Part shown: positions 1 through 9,179 of the stretch, in pieces | Layout of the letters: each line of letters opens with the position of its first letter | Numbering within the stretch: the first letter of the stretch is position 1 | NCBI GenBank assembly: GCA_014240255.1 | Contig: JAAZXG010000003.1 | Location: 7,087-71,086 of the forward strand | Direction: 5' to 3' | DNA from: Methanobacteriota archaeon | GTDB taxonomy: Archaea; Thermoplasmatota; Poseidoniia; MGIII; CG-Epi1 | DNA: 64,000 nucleotides | Notes under the pieces: model-generated | What the model was told of the DNA's origin: nothing | Databases searched by the model: none | Seen by the model: only the letters and a program-made list of their open reading frames with translations | Program-made: the position numbers and the translations under genes

Positions 1-374
1 CTGGACATAAGTAATGCAAAATATAATCCATTACGATTTCCTCTATATTCTGCCCAACATCCATATTGCTGAGCCATCCATTTGTGAGCTAATTCATGAA
101 GTAAAAAACCAGTCATAACAGCGCCAAAAGCTAGTGGTAATTTATTGAGAAAAACTTCAGGGTTATTCATAACCGGGCTTAATCCATTACTCAATGCAAG
201 AGTGAATGCAATGGTTAATATTCCAATAGATTCCACAAGCTGTTCTTTTTCATATTTTGAAAAAGACATTTGTGTGTCAGGCCTTCGATTTACTTGAATT
301 GGTTCCCCCCAACCTTGTGAGCTCACATATCGGACTTGGAAATTTTGATTTCTATCTGTTGAGCCTTTCCACAT
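1..374 (-). CDS. site-2 protease (M50 family) membrane metallopeptidase, 3' part outside window
   Basis: Hand translation from ATG 374: MWKGSTDRNQ...AVMTGFLLHELAHKWMAQQYGCWAEYR...; HExxH motif inside a hydrophobic segment; absent from the ORF track because truncated. Confidence 0.85.
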   Translation of the reverse strand, partial: MWKGSTDRNQNFQVRYVSSQGWGEPIQVNRRPDTQMSFSKYEKEQLVESIGILTIAFTLALSNGLSPVMNNPEVFLNKLPLAFGAVMTGFLLHELAHKWMAQQYGCWAEYRGNRNGLYFALLMS

Positions 375-449
375 GAATTGATTCTATACACGGTGCGTTA
401 AGATAGTTTTGTGGCTAACAGTTTAAAGAGAGGTATAATTCATAAATTA

Positions 450-674
450 ATGGATAATGCTGATAGCCTAAAGAAGAAAATAGATGAATTAGAGATTCAG
501 ATAGTTAAAGAGAGAGAAGTCCATGAATTGAATTTGAGCAAGATCAAGACTGAAAATTATGAAGCTTTAGAAGCTTCTCAAACACGTTATCAAGGAGAAT
601 TAGAGATTCAACGGAGAAATTTCCAAAGACAAATAGAAAAATTAAAGGCTAAATTAGAATCATTCGAAGTCTAA
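450..674 (+). CDS. small charged coiled-coil hypothetical protein
   Basis: ORF 411..674; ATG 450 preferred; E/K/Q-rich heptad pattern. Confidence 0.65.
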   Translation: MDNADSLKKKIDELEIQIVKEREVHELNLSKIKTENYEALEASQTRYQGELEIQRRNFQRQIEKLKAKLESFEV

Positions 675-724
675 TGTTTTTTTGCAATAATATTAAATCC
701 TAGCCCTTTAAGCTGGATACTAGA

Positions 725-802
725 GCTCCCGTGGTGTAGTCCGGCCCATCATCTCGGCCTTTCGAGCCGAATACCCGGGTTCAAATCCCGGCGGGAGCAC
801 CA
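725..802 (+). tRNA. tRNA-Glu(TTC), CCA encoded
   Basis: GCTCCCG/CGGGAGC acceptor stem, TCGGC-CTTTCGA-GCCGA anticodon arm, GGTTCAAATCC T-arm, ACCA end. Confidence 0.97.
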
Positions 803-833
803 AAGTTTTATCATATCATAGATTTCTTTCCTA

Positions 834-941
834 ATGATGCTTGAAGATTTATTGAAAGACGGCGTACGCTCAATTTTTATATCATGGGTAGTAAAAATTA
901 TAATTGTCAGTGTATTAATAGTAGGATATCTATCCATTTAA
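834..941 (+). CDS. 35-aa single-pass membrane peptide (MMLEDLLKDGVRSIFISWVVKIIIVSVLIVGYLSI)
   Basis: Hand translation; fills the gap between tRNA-Glu and the DMT gene; charged N-terminus plus a ~20-residue hydrophobic C-terminus. Confidence 0.5.
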   Translation: MMLEDLLKDGVRSIFISWVVKIIIVSVLIVGYLSI

Positions 942-985
942 GCACCATAGTTTTATCAAATCCATTAATGCTTTAGAACTAATTA

Positions 986-1918
986 ATGGACTCTAAAGAA
1001 TTAAAAAAATCAATGGCTATTGCTATGTTTGGGGGTGTAGTAGTATCATTTGCCCCAATTCTTTATGCGATTTCCAATGCGAATCCATTGACTGGTGCAT
1101 TTTTTAGAATGGTTTATGCACTTCCATTTCTTGGTTTAATTATATGGTTTAGAGGTGTAAGCGATTCACGTTCTACTAATACAAGATTTATTGCAATCAT
1201 TGCAGGGCTTGCCTTTTCCCTTGATTTTCTTGCTTATCACAGTGCAGTTGATTGGATAGGTACCGGCATTGGTACTCTAATTGGTAATTCTCAAGTAATA
1301 ATAGTGACACTAGTGAGTTGGTGGTTGTTTGGTGAAAGACCCAATCTGTCAATTCTAATTTCACTTCCTATTGTAATGTTTGGGCTTTGCCTTATTTCTG
1401 GTGTTTGGGATGATAAAGCATATGGTTTACATCCTGTTCGAGGTGTCATTGCAGGCGTTTTTACAGCAATTTTTTACTCAGCTTTTTTAATAATTTATAG
1501 ATTTGCAAATAGGGAACTTGCTCCTGCAACAAATTTACAATTTGATTCCACAGTGGGATGCGCACTTGGACTTTTGATTCTTAGTTTTTTGCCGCTTCAA
1601 TCGATACATGTTAATCCAATTAATTTTGAGCCGACACTCCCAGTTCATGGTTGGTTACTATTGCTTGCTATTCTAAGCCAAGTAGTTGGTTGGTTGGCAA
1701 TAGCTCATTCATTACCTAGACTACCTGCAGCCTACACTTCTTTTGCTATTCTTCTTCAACCGACACTCACTATAGTATGGGGAATTGTTCTTTTATCTGA
1801 ATCACCATCTATTCAGCAAGTAATAGGAATGATTTTGATCCTTGGTTCTATTATTGGAGTAACAGTTTACGGTTCAGTTGAATCATCTCCAGAGTCAGAT
1901 GATACCAAAGTTTTATGA
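986..1918 (+). CDS. DMT/EamA family transporter
   Basis: About 10 TM helices in two EamA repeats; motifs FFRMVYA, LFGERP, LLQP..., LLSE. Confidence 0.9.
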   Translation: MDSKELKKSMAIAMFGGVVVSFAPILYAISNANPLTGAFFRMVYALPFLGLIIWFRGVSDSRSTNTRFIAIIAGLAFSLDFLAYHSAVDWIGTGIGTLIGNSQVIIVTLVSWWLFGERPNLSILISLPIVMFGLCLISGVWDDKAYGLHPVRGVIAGVFTAIFYSAFLIIYRFANRELAPATNLQFDSTVGCALGLLILSFLPLQSIHVNPINFEPTLPVHGWLLLLAILSQVVGWLAIAHSLPRLPAAYTSFAILLQPTLTIVWGIVLLSESPSIQQVIGMILILGSIIGVTVYGSVESSPESDDTKVL

Positions 1919-1940
1919 AAACCTGATTTTAGTTGAGATT

Positions 1941-2129
1941 ATGTCCGAAGAAATGTGTATGGTTTGTAATGCTAAAGTTTTTGAGATTGAAATCCAAGAG
2001 GATAGTGAAGAAATCCCTGAGTTAAAGAAAGGAAATAAATATTGTTTAGATTGTTATGGCCCTATCCAAGAACAATTTAAGTTAACGTTAGAAGACGTGG
2101 CTGATATTTCTTCAGTCAGTAAAGATTAA
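1941..2129 (+). CDS. small acidic CxxC...CxxC zinc-finger-like protein
   Basis: MSEEMCMVC...KYCLDC; ATG 1941 avoids overlap with the upstream gene. Confidence 0.6.
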   Translation: MSEEMCMVCNAKVFEIEIQEDSEEIPELKKGNKYCLDCYGPIQEQFKLTLEDVADISSVSKD

Positions 2130-2140
2130 GTTTAATTATT

Positions 2141-2299
2141 TCATCTTCTAAATAACCAAGAAAAGAATCCACCAATATCTGGTTTTTCACATGAACATCG
2201 TTGATTTTTTGTTATGCCTTTAAGCACAATTTCAATATGTTGTCCACATCCTTTCCAAGTTGCTTTTTGGCATCTTCTACAAGTAACTTTTCTACACAC
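2141..2299 (-). CDS. 52-aa Cys-rich small protein (MCRKVTCRRCQKATWKGCGQH...RCSC)
   Basis: GTG at 2299, just downstream of tRNA-Ser; C-x4-CxxC-x3-TWxGCGxH-x13-CxC pattern resembles a small uncharacterised family I recall from bacteria and fungi. Confidence 0.7.
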   Translation of the reverse strand: MCRKVTCRRCQKATWKGCGQHIEIVLKGITKNQRCSCEKPDIGGFFSWLFRR

Positions 2300-2307
2300 A
2301 TTTATTT

Positions 2308-2394
2308 TGGCGCCGAGGGCGAGATTTGAACTCGCGAGGGATTGCTCCCACGGGCTTTCCAGGCCCGCGCTATACCAGGCTAAGCGACCTCGGC
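2308..2394 (-). tRNA. tRNA-Ser(GGA), CCA encoded
   Basis: Reverse complement GCCGAGG...CGGGC-CTGGAAA-GCCCG, long variable arm, GAGTTCAAATCTC, GCCA. Confidence 0.97.
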
Positions 2395-2492
2395 TGACTT
2401 CCTTCACACAGTGGGGGGGTTTTAGAATTAATCGAGGGGATACGTTTATTATGAGACCTTCCAGCTGAATGGATATCTTTGAGGTGTGATTT

Positions 2493-2792
2493 TTGGACGA
2501 ACAAGAAAGAATAATTCAGGAGAAAAAGAAAAACTTGAAGCTGAGAACAGCCTCCGTAATCGCAATGCTCAAAGCGACATATTATCCCGGACATTCAACA
2601 ACTGCTAAGCGAGTTATTGAAAGACATTTAATCAGAGAATTTGGTTTAAAACCTCGGCAGGCAACATATCACGGCAGTCATATTATCGAAGCTTTACATA
2701 ACAAAGGCATTATCGAACATGTTCCAGAAGATACTGCCCGTAATGCACTCTTTAAGATTAATTTAAGAGTTTTAATGAATTATAAAGTTTAA
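2493..2792 (+). CDS. hypothetical basic protein, possible winged-helix fold
   Basis: TTG start with GAGGTG RBS; IIEALHNKGIIEHV...LFKIN resembles a wHTH recognition helix plus wing. Confidence 0.65.
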   Translation: MDEQERIIQEKKKNLKLRTASVIAMLKATYYPGHSTTAKRVIERHLIREFGLKPRQATYHGSHIIEALHNKGIIEHVPEDTARNALFKINLRVLMNYKV

Positions 2793-3973
2793 GTTAATTC
2801 CGTGGCTATTTTTTCTAATACCTTTCTTGAAAGGTTATTCTTTGTTCCCGTAATCCATTTTGTATTTTTCTTATCTACAATTGCAGCTTTGCTACTTTCT
2901 GAACCCATAGCATCAGAATAATTAGCTATTACACAATCTGAATTTTTTAGTAACACATTAGCTTTTTTTAACAATTCACTATCTTTGATATTAGATCCTA
3001 ATTTGAATGAATAGAGAGGTCCTTTGTGTTTTTTGCGAATACTTCCTAATATCTTCGGAGCTTTCTTCATTTTAAGAGTAATTGCTTTAGTTGAATCTAT
3101 TTTTCCCTTGGTATATTCAGGTACAAAGTCAGACAATGCAGCAGGTACAATGATCACATCATATTTCTCTATTTTGTCTACTTTTTTTTTAAGATCCGTT
3201 AATGTTTCAAATCTAGAAGTATTAATCCATTCACCAATACTATATGTGGCATTACCTAACCAAAGATCTACTTCAGCACCCATTGAAAAAGCAGTTTCAG
3301 TTAAAGATTTAGCCATAAACCCACTCGATTTATTTGAAATAACTCGAACATCATCAATAGGTTCACTACTTCCTCCTCCAATAACTAATATTTTTCTTTG
3401 ACTTAATGATTTTGGACCTGCCATTTTACAAACTTCAGCTACTAATCGTTCTTTGGATGGTAATTTAGCCTTATTTTCAACCATAATTGGTTCTACTATT
3501 TTTGCAAATTTAGTAACAGATTTCATATTCTTTTTGACAATATCTGAATTGGCCATATTTTTGTCCATTGCAGGCGCAACAATCATTGGTGTTTTTGCTC
3601 CAATGCAAGTTAATGCTACCAGCATTGGCGGATTATCACCAATTCCATTAACCATCTTTCCAAGGCTTGTAGCACAGCATGGTGCAATAATTAGTAAATC
3701 AGCTTCATGTCCTGCAATAACGTGTTCTACTTGTCCTGTAATTTCTTTAATAATTGGTTTTCCACAAGCAAATTCAAGTGCTTTTTCACCAACTAATTCT
3801 AAAGCTGCTTTATTCGTAACAATTGTAACATTTGCTCCATACCTAAGTAATTCTCTTGCAATACCTATAGTTTCAACACATGAGACTGAACCAGTTACTC
3901 CTAACCAGATATTTTTCCCTTCAAGATAATCTCCTTTACGTTCTACATTGTTAGCTGGATGATTTGGATTCAT
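2789..3973 (-). CDS. coaBC: bifunctional phosphopantothenoylcysteine decarboxylase / phosphopantothenate-cysteine ligase
   Basis: LGVTGSV, EH, APAMD..M, EPIDDVRVISNKSSG, AALSDF motifs. Confidence 0.93.
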   Translation of the reverse strand: MNPNHPANNVERKGDYLEGKNIWLGVTGSVSCVETIGIARELLRYGANVTIVTNKAALELVGEKALEFACGKPIIKEITGQVEHVIAGHEADLLIIAPCCATSLGKMVNGIGDNPPMLVALTCIGAKTPMIVAPAMDKNMANSDIVKKNMKSVTKFAKIVEPIMVENKAKLPSKERLVAEVCKMAGPKSLSQRKILVIGGGSSEPIDDVRVISNKSSGFMAKSLTETAFSMGAEVDLWLGNATYSIGEWINTSRFETLTDLKKKVDKIEKYDVIIVPAALSDFVPEYTKGKIDSTKAITLKMKKAPKILGSIRKKHKGPLYSFKLGSNIKDSELLKKANVLLKNSDCVIANYSDAMGSESSKAAIVDKKNTKWITGTKNNLSRKVLEKIATELT

Positions 3974-4866
3974 TATTTTTCCGCTAGTTTCTTAATGGTT
4001 TTCTTATATTTATCTAGTATAAGTTCCGTTTGTGTTTCAATTTTCTGCCAACCTCTCTTGAGCGACCCATTACGCAAATGGAATGCACTCGTTGGCGGCC
4101 CTCCATCCTCAGCCCTACATCTTTCTATTAATCCCAATGAAATTAGACGATTTAGATGCCTGTATGCCGTTGGTCTTGTAGTTTCAATCCATGCTGCAAT
4201 CTCTTCAGCAGTCCAAGCTCGGTCGGGTCTTTGAAAAAAGCATTCATCTATAATTTTGTAGGGCATAGATTCAGTATAAGGATTATGATGGCTCGATAAT
4301 AATCCAATGCCTCTTCCTAATGCACCTAGGTCGGCTTCATAGTTATTATCATTCGGTTGAATTTCTCTTAAGTCAATTTCAAAAGATTCTTCTTTATCTA
4401 ATATAATCATTCCCTCAGGTATGTGGTCTTTTGCTTCTTTTAATTTTTTATTTAAATTATTAATAATTTCACGATATGTATTCAAACAGATGCGTGCTCG
4501 ATTTTCCACACCACTCCAAGCTTTTTCTAAATCATAATGCCATAATCTTACCTTTTTAGGATCTTCAGCTTTACCGGGGAAATCTTCTGTTAAAAATCCA
4601 ACTTCTCTTAACCATTGTAAATGTCTGTAAATTCCTTGTAAGGGCACTCCTAGTTCTTTAGCAATTTCTGAAGTTGTCCATGATTTTTCAGGCGTTGGAA
4701 TCAAACATTTTGTAAATAATAAAATTCCAGTTTTTGTTCTTTTAGTTTGCCTTGCCTTAGCTCCATCTGTCCCTAAAAATCCAATAGCTTGTAGAAAGTC
4801 GGCTACTAAATCTTCTTTTGTAGAACCATAGGATTCATTTAGATTCCTTACCTTTAGTTTGAACAT
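3973..4866 (-). CDS. tandem (duplicated) winged-helix transcriptional regulator
   Basis: Two HTH copies, WTTSEIAKELGVPLQGIYRHLQWLREVGFL and WTAEEIAAWIETTRPTAYRHLNRLISLGLI; ATG 4866 coupled (TGATG) to the upstream gene. Confidence 0.8.
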   Translation of the reverse strand: MFKLKVRNLNESYGSTKEDLVADFLQAIGFLGTDGAKARQTKRTKTGILLFTKCLIPTPEKSWTTSEIAKELGVPLQGIYRHLQWLREVGFLTEDFPGKAEDPKKVRLWHYDLEKAWSGVENRARICLNTYREIINNLNKKLKEAKDHIPEGMIILDKEESFEIDLREIQPNDNNYEADLGALGRGIGLLSSHHNPYTESMPYKIIDECFFQRPDRAWTAEEIAAWIETTRPTAYRHLNRLISLGLIERCRAEDGGPPTSAFHLRNGSLKRGWQKIETQTELILDKYKKTIKKLAEK

Positions 4867-6737
4867 CAGTCCCACTCCTTAGCGTCTAATTTTTCCAGAA
4901 TCATAGCCTTAAACTTTCTGACTTTTTGATTTCCGGGGTTTAGAGCTAAGAGCTTATGGACATCCCCCATTGCATCACCTAATTTCTTAGTTTCAAAATG
5001 AGTTTCAGCTCTTTCCCATAATGCATCTTCATCCTCCGAATCTATTTCTAGAATTCTGGAAAGAGACATAATCAATAGTTCCTTTTTATCTTGTGAACGA
5101 TAAACTTTAGTTAATTTCCTCCAACCTCTCTTTAGATCCGGTCTTATGTTGACTGCTTTAGAATATCCTTTTGAGTCTGCTCTTTCATAATCACCTAAGC
5201 CAAAATAAATATCTCCCCTGACCATATATGGCCTATAATCTTCTCCCATCAAAGCAATTGCTTTTTCAACAGACTTTAATGCTTCTTTGACTTTCCCTAG
5301 CTTAGACTGTACACGTCCTAATCCTAAATTTACAAGCCCTTTATTTCCTTCTAATTCAAGAGCAATATGGTATCCTTCCTCAGCACCACCTAGATTTTCA
5401 AGTCTTTCTTTTGTTTGTGATAATTTGAGCCATGCTTCGCCAAAAGTATAGTCTATTTCAGTAGCATTTTGAAAACAAATTTCAGCTTCTTCCCACTGCT
5501 TTAGTTTTCTATGCAATTCACCTTTTTCATACCACAATTTTTCATTCTGTTGATCAATTTCCAAGGCCATTGAGTAATATGTTATGGATTTTCCATATTC
5601 TCGATGACCAGTTAATGCCCTAGCTTTGCTAAGCCATATTCTAGAATCTTGCATTAAAACGCCATCTTGTTGAGCTCTAATCATTAATCGATTTGCAGCT
5701 TCTAATGAGCGGCTGGGATATCCAGTATCAATCAATTCTTGTGCCTCATCTAGCATTTTTTCTCTTGCTTCTCTATCCGTTCGTCTTAGAATAAAAAGAA
5801 GTCCAGAACCAGTCATTGGCAATCCACCGCCCAGGAATCCTCCAGATGCTAAGTTTGGTTCTATTAACCAACCAATTCCAGCTAATCCAGAGATATAACA
5901 ACCGATAACAAATCCGGCTAATTGATATCTTCTATGATGCAAACCAGCCAATCCCATCCCTAAGAAAAGTAACGGTATTAACAAGAGCCAAACAGATTGT
6001 TCTATCCATTCATACACTGACATCAATAAAACAATAGAAAGTATCAGTGATCCGCCAAATGAAATTGATAGAGCATATGGGATTAATGGTTTGTTCAATA
6101 ATCCTAATCCATAAATTAGCATAACAATGCCAATACTTCCAAAATAAACTGAAATGGTAATTACTGAACGTAAAGACACATTTCCATCACAACTTCCTTC
6201 TCCTAATTCGGTCAAACAAGAATTTTGGCTGACTTCATAAAACATGAAGAAAAGAGTAGCCATAACTGCCCCACTAGATAGGATAAAACCAGATAGTCGA
6301 ATGTCATTATTTTTTGCTAATTCAGTATTATATACATTAAAAGAAATCAAGATCCCTGCACCACATGCAATTAGAAGAATTGCAGCCAATGCCGTTCCTA
6401 CATATTTCAAAATTTCAATTTCTGTAAAATTCCATGTGATAAAGTTAATAATACTAATTAGAAAGACCAAAAGAGTTGCAATTACAACATTTCGACTTTT
6501 TCCGTTAAGATATTCAATAGTTTTTTTAATATTTCGTTGTAAGAAAGTTTTTTCATCTTCATCTTCTTCTTCGCCTAATTTTCTTTCATATCCAATTGGT
6601 AATTCAGTTTTACTATCTTCATCTTCAAACTCTAAGTTTTCTATAGGTGTTATTTCATCAGATAGGTCTTCACTTTGACTGTCATCATCTACAATTTCCT
6701 CTGTGGAATCCTCTTCAAAATTAGGTTCTTTAGCCAT
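4866..6737 (-). CDS. polytopic membrane protein with C-terminal TPR repeats
   Basis: Acidic N-terminus, about 8 hydrophobic segments, then TPR-type repeats (W..KA..L...Y..A...Y..ALEID); ATG 6737 preferred. Confidence 0.82.
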   Translation of the reverse strand: MAKEPNFEEDSTEEIVDDDSQSEDLSDEITPIENLEFEDEDSKTELPIGYERKLGEEEDEDEKTFLQRNIKKTIEYLNGKSRNVVIATLLVFLISIINFITWNFTEIEILKYVGTALAAILLIACGAGILISFNVYNTELAKNNDIRLSGFILSSGAVMATLFFMFYEVSQNSCLTELGEGSCDGNVSLRSVITISVYFGSIGIVMLIYGLGLLNKPLIPYALSISFGGSLILSIVLLMSVYEWIEQSVWLLLIPLLFLGMGLAGLHHRRYQLAGFVIGCYISGLAGIGWLIEPNLASGGFLGGGLPMTGSGLLFILRRTDREAREKMLDEAQELIDTGYPSRSLEAANRLMIRAQQDGVLMQDSRIWLSKARALTGHREYGKSITYYSMALEIDQQNEKLWYEKGELHRKLKQWEEAEICFQNATEIDYTFGEAWLKLSQTKERLENLGGAEEGYHIALELEGNKGLVNLGLGRVQSKLGKVKEALKSVEKAIALMGEDYRPYMVRGDIYFGLGDYERADSKGYSKAVNIRPDLKRGWRKLTKVYRSQDKKELLIMSLSRILEIDSEDEDALWERAETHFETKKLGDAMGDVHKLLALNPGNQKVRKFKAMILEKLDAKEWD

Positions 6738-6798
6738 GTTACCTTGTAAAGATAATATGGTGATATAATGCAAGTATTAAAACTGATGTCAGACTTTA

Positions 6799-7515
6799 CT
6801 AATGACAACCACAGCCGGCGCCATGGTCATGACTTGAACTGCTACCACCAGTACTACATCCACAACCGCCACCACTACTACTTCCGCTGCTGCAACCACA
6901 ACTGCCTCCAGTTGATTGTTGAGGAAGAGGTTCAGTGTAGTATGGATTCACACCTTCAGAATGGTTAGTAATATCAACAATTTCGTTTACTTCATCTACT
7001 TTAGCAACAATATAAGATTCAACACCTTGTTTTAGAGTAACACTAGATGCACTGCAGCCTTGACAGCCTCCACCCATTGTTACGTATGCTTTTCCATCTG
7101 ATACATTGTGTAGTGTAATGACTCCACCATGGGAGGCAATACTTGGATTTACGTCATTTTTGATTAATTCATTTACTTGATCAAATAATTCGCTATTTCC
7201 AGTATCCATTACTTCTTCAGTTACCGGAGCTTCTCCACTTTCAAGTTGAGAACGTATGACTCCTCCAATTTCTTTTCCGATAGCTGGCCAACTTTCTACG
7301 TTGTCTCCGGTTAAAGTTACAACTTGTCCAGCAATATTCACTTGTGCAATATAAGGTAAATCTAATAATTGTTTAGCCAATGGAGCTTTTTCCATATCAG
7401 AATCTCGGGTAAAAGAAACAGAAGCTCTTGAAAGCACTTCTCCATCAAGAACGAATCTACATTTTTGAGGGTCTGCGGTTGGTTCACCACGAATTTTAAT
7501 TTGCTGTGCTAACAT
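6799..7515 (-). CDS. Nfu/NfuA-type Fe-S carrier with Gly/Ser/Cys/His-rich C-terminal tail
   Basis: Nfu N-domain (EPTADPQKCRF); NifU-C motif NPSIASHGG...GGGCQGC...TLKQGVE; tail with three CGC motifs. Confidence 0.9.
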   Translation of the reverse strand: MLAQQIKIRGEPTADPQKCRFVLDGEVLSRASVSFTRDSDMEKAPLAKQLLDLPYIAQVNIAGQVVTLTGDNVESWPAIGKEIGGVIRSQLESGEAPVTEEVMDTGNSELFDQVNELIKNDVNPSIASHGGVITLHNVSDGKAYVTMGGGCQGCSASSVTLKQGVESYIVAKVDEVNEIVDITNHSEGVNPYYTEPLPQQSTGGSCGCSSGSSSGGGCGCSTGGSSSSHDHGAGCGCH

Positions 7516-7557
7516 GATTATTGACCCCTACACTGATTAATAAAGATTTGTTATCTC

Positions 7558-8931
7558 TTAAACGTCAAAAGAAGCATTTTCTACAGCTTCTTCACCAAGC
7601 TGTCTAAGAAATGTAAATGTGAATATTCCAGCATTAGCTCCAGGGCTTGGATCATCAAATGAAAATTTAACCCCATATCTTCCAACAGGTACAGATTCTA
7701 AAATTTTAACATTTGGTGGAATATCTTCTTCTTTAATCAACTGCACACCTGTAATTTCATCTACACAGTGAGCACAAGGACATTTGAATCTTACATTGAA
7801 AGCAGAAATTACATGTTCAACATTGTCTTGCCATTTAATGACCAAAGTTTTCCCGTCATTTACTAAATTCATTTCTTGTGGTGAAAATGGAGATAGCTCT
7901 TCATTTGTAACAATCATCATCGCTTCAACTGCGATTAAAGATGCAATTGATTTGATATTATCATCTTCAACAAATTTACCTTCATCCATAGCCTCTCGGA
8001 GTTCTTGTTTTAGTGATATCTTACCTAATAATGGCAAATCAAATTCTTCAGCGGCAGATTTTCCACCACCTTCTCCAAAGATATGGAAAACTTCATCAGA
8101 ACCGGGTGGTGTAAAACCAGCCATATTCTCAACAATCCCCAATATCGGGATTTTAACTTGCTGGAACATTCTTAGTCCTTTTTCAGCGATAGTATGTGCA
8201 ATCTCTTGAGGTGTTGTCACAATTACGGCACCGGTTAACGGAACTGATTGTGAAAGTGTAAGCTGAATATCTCCAGTTCCTGGAGGCATATCAACAAACA
8301 AATAATCTAAGTCTCCCCAGTCCACAGCTCCTAAGAATTGTTGAACTAGTTGTGATGCAATAGGTCCTCTCCATACGACTGGCGTATCTTTAGTTGCTAA
8401 GAATCCCATTGACATAATTTTCATGCCATGAGCTTCAACAGGTTCTAGAACGCCTTGTTGTGAACCACCTAATTGATGATCTCCAAGACCTACCATGTTA
8501 GGAATACTTGGACCATAAACATCAATATCTAAAATACCAACTTTTGCACCAGCCTTAGCAAATGCTTCAGCGATACAGACTGTAACTGTAGATTTCCCTA
8601 CGCCTCCTTTTCCGGATGCAATTGCAATAATATTTTTCACAGTCTTAAGGGCTTGAGGTGTATTGGGTGCATTGAGTGAAGGTAATCGTTGAACTTCCCA
8701 GTCTTTTTTTATTTCTATTTCACCGATATCTTTTACATTTTTTAGAGCTTCTCTACATTTCTGGGCAATTATTTCGTGCCCCGGCATCAATGGTGCTGGC
8801 AATCTTAGAGAGAAACGTAAGGTGTCTTTTCCGATAGTCATACCCTTGACATATCCTAGTGAAATAATATCTTTTTTGAAGTAAGAATCCGTTACGGTGG
8901 CTAATGCGTCAGTAATTTCTTTTGCATCCAT
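7558..8931 (-). CDS. Mrp/ApbC/NBP35 P-loop Fe-S carrier, DUF59-Mrp-DUF971 (HCF101-like) architecture
   Basis: KDIISLGYV N-domain, SGKGGVGKST, DIDVYGPS, WRGP, DMPPGTGD, ENM; C-terminal CPCAHC...VGRYGV domain. Confidence 0.92.
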   Translation of the reverse strand: MDAKEITDALATVTDSYFKKDIISLGYVKGMTIGKDTLRFSLRLPAPLMPGHEIIAQKCREALKNVKDIGEIEIKKDWEVQRLPSLNAPNTPQALKTVKNIIAIASGKGGVGKSTVTVCIAEAFAKAGAKVGILDIDVYGPSIPNMVGLGDHQLGGSQQGVLEPVEAHGMKIMSMGFLATKDTPVVWRGPIASQLVQQFLGAVDWGDLDYLFVDMPPGTGDIQLTLSQSVPLTGAVIVTTPQEIAHTIAEKGLRMFQQVKIPILGIVENMAGFTPPGSDEVFHIFGEGGGKSAAEEFDLPLLGKISLKQELREAMDEGKFVEDDNIKSIASLIAVEAMMIVTNEELSPFSPQEMNLVNDGKTLVIKWQDNVEHVISAFNVRFKCPCAHCVDEITGVQLIKEEDIPPNVKILESVPVGRYGVKFSFDDPSPGANAGIFTFTFLRQLGEEAVENASFDV

Positions 8932-8980
8932 GCTTTAATGTTTACAGAGTGTGGGTATATGGAATTTATCTTGAAAAAAG

Positions 8981-9098
<118 letters not shown>

Positions 9099-9179
9099 AC
9101 AGCTCACGATTTAGAGGCTGTATATATTATTTGACTTTAGGCCTGGTTCACGTCGTATGCATTTCCAAAAAGCAACTTA

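Noticed and set aside
749..937. 62-aa minus-strand ORF
   Set aside because: Runs antisense through tRNA-Glu; the plus-strand 35-aa ORF is the more plausible gene.
2300..2594. N-terminal extension of the 88-aa ORF, and ORFs 2214..2468 and 2370..2594
   Set aside because: They overlap tRNA-Ser(GGA) or the promoter region; only 2141..2299 looks like protein.
6768..6968. His/Cys/Tyr-rich 66-aa ORF that looks like a metal-binding peptide
   Set aside because: It is the antisense shadow of the Gly/Ser/Cys tail of Nfu.
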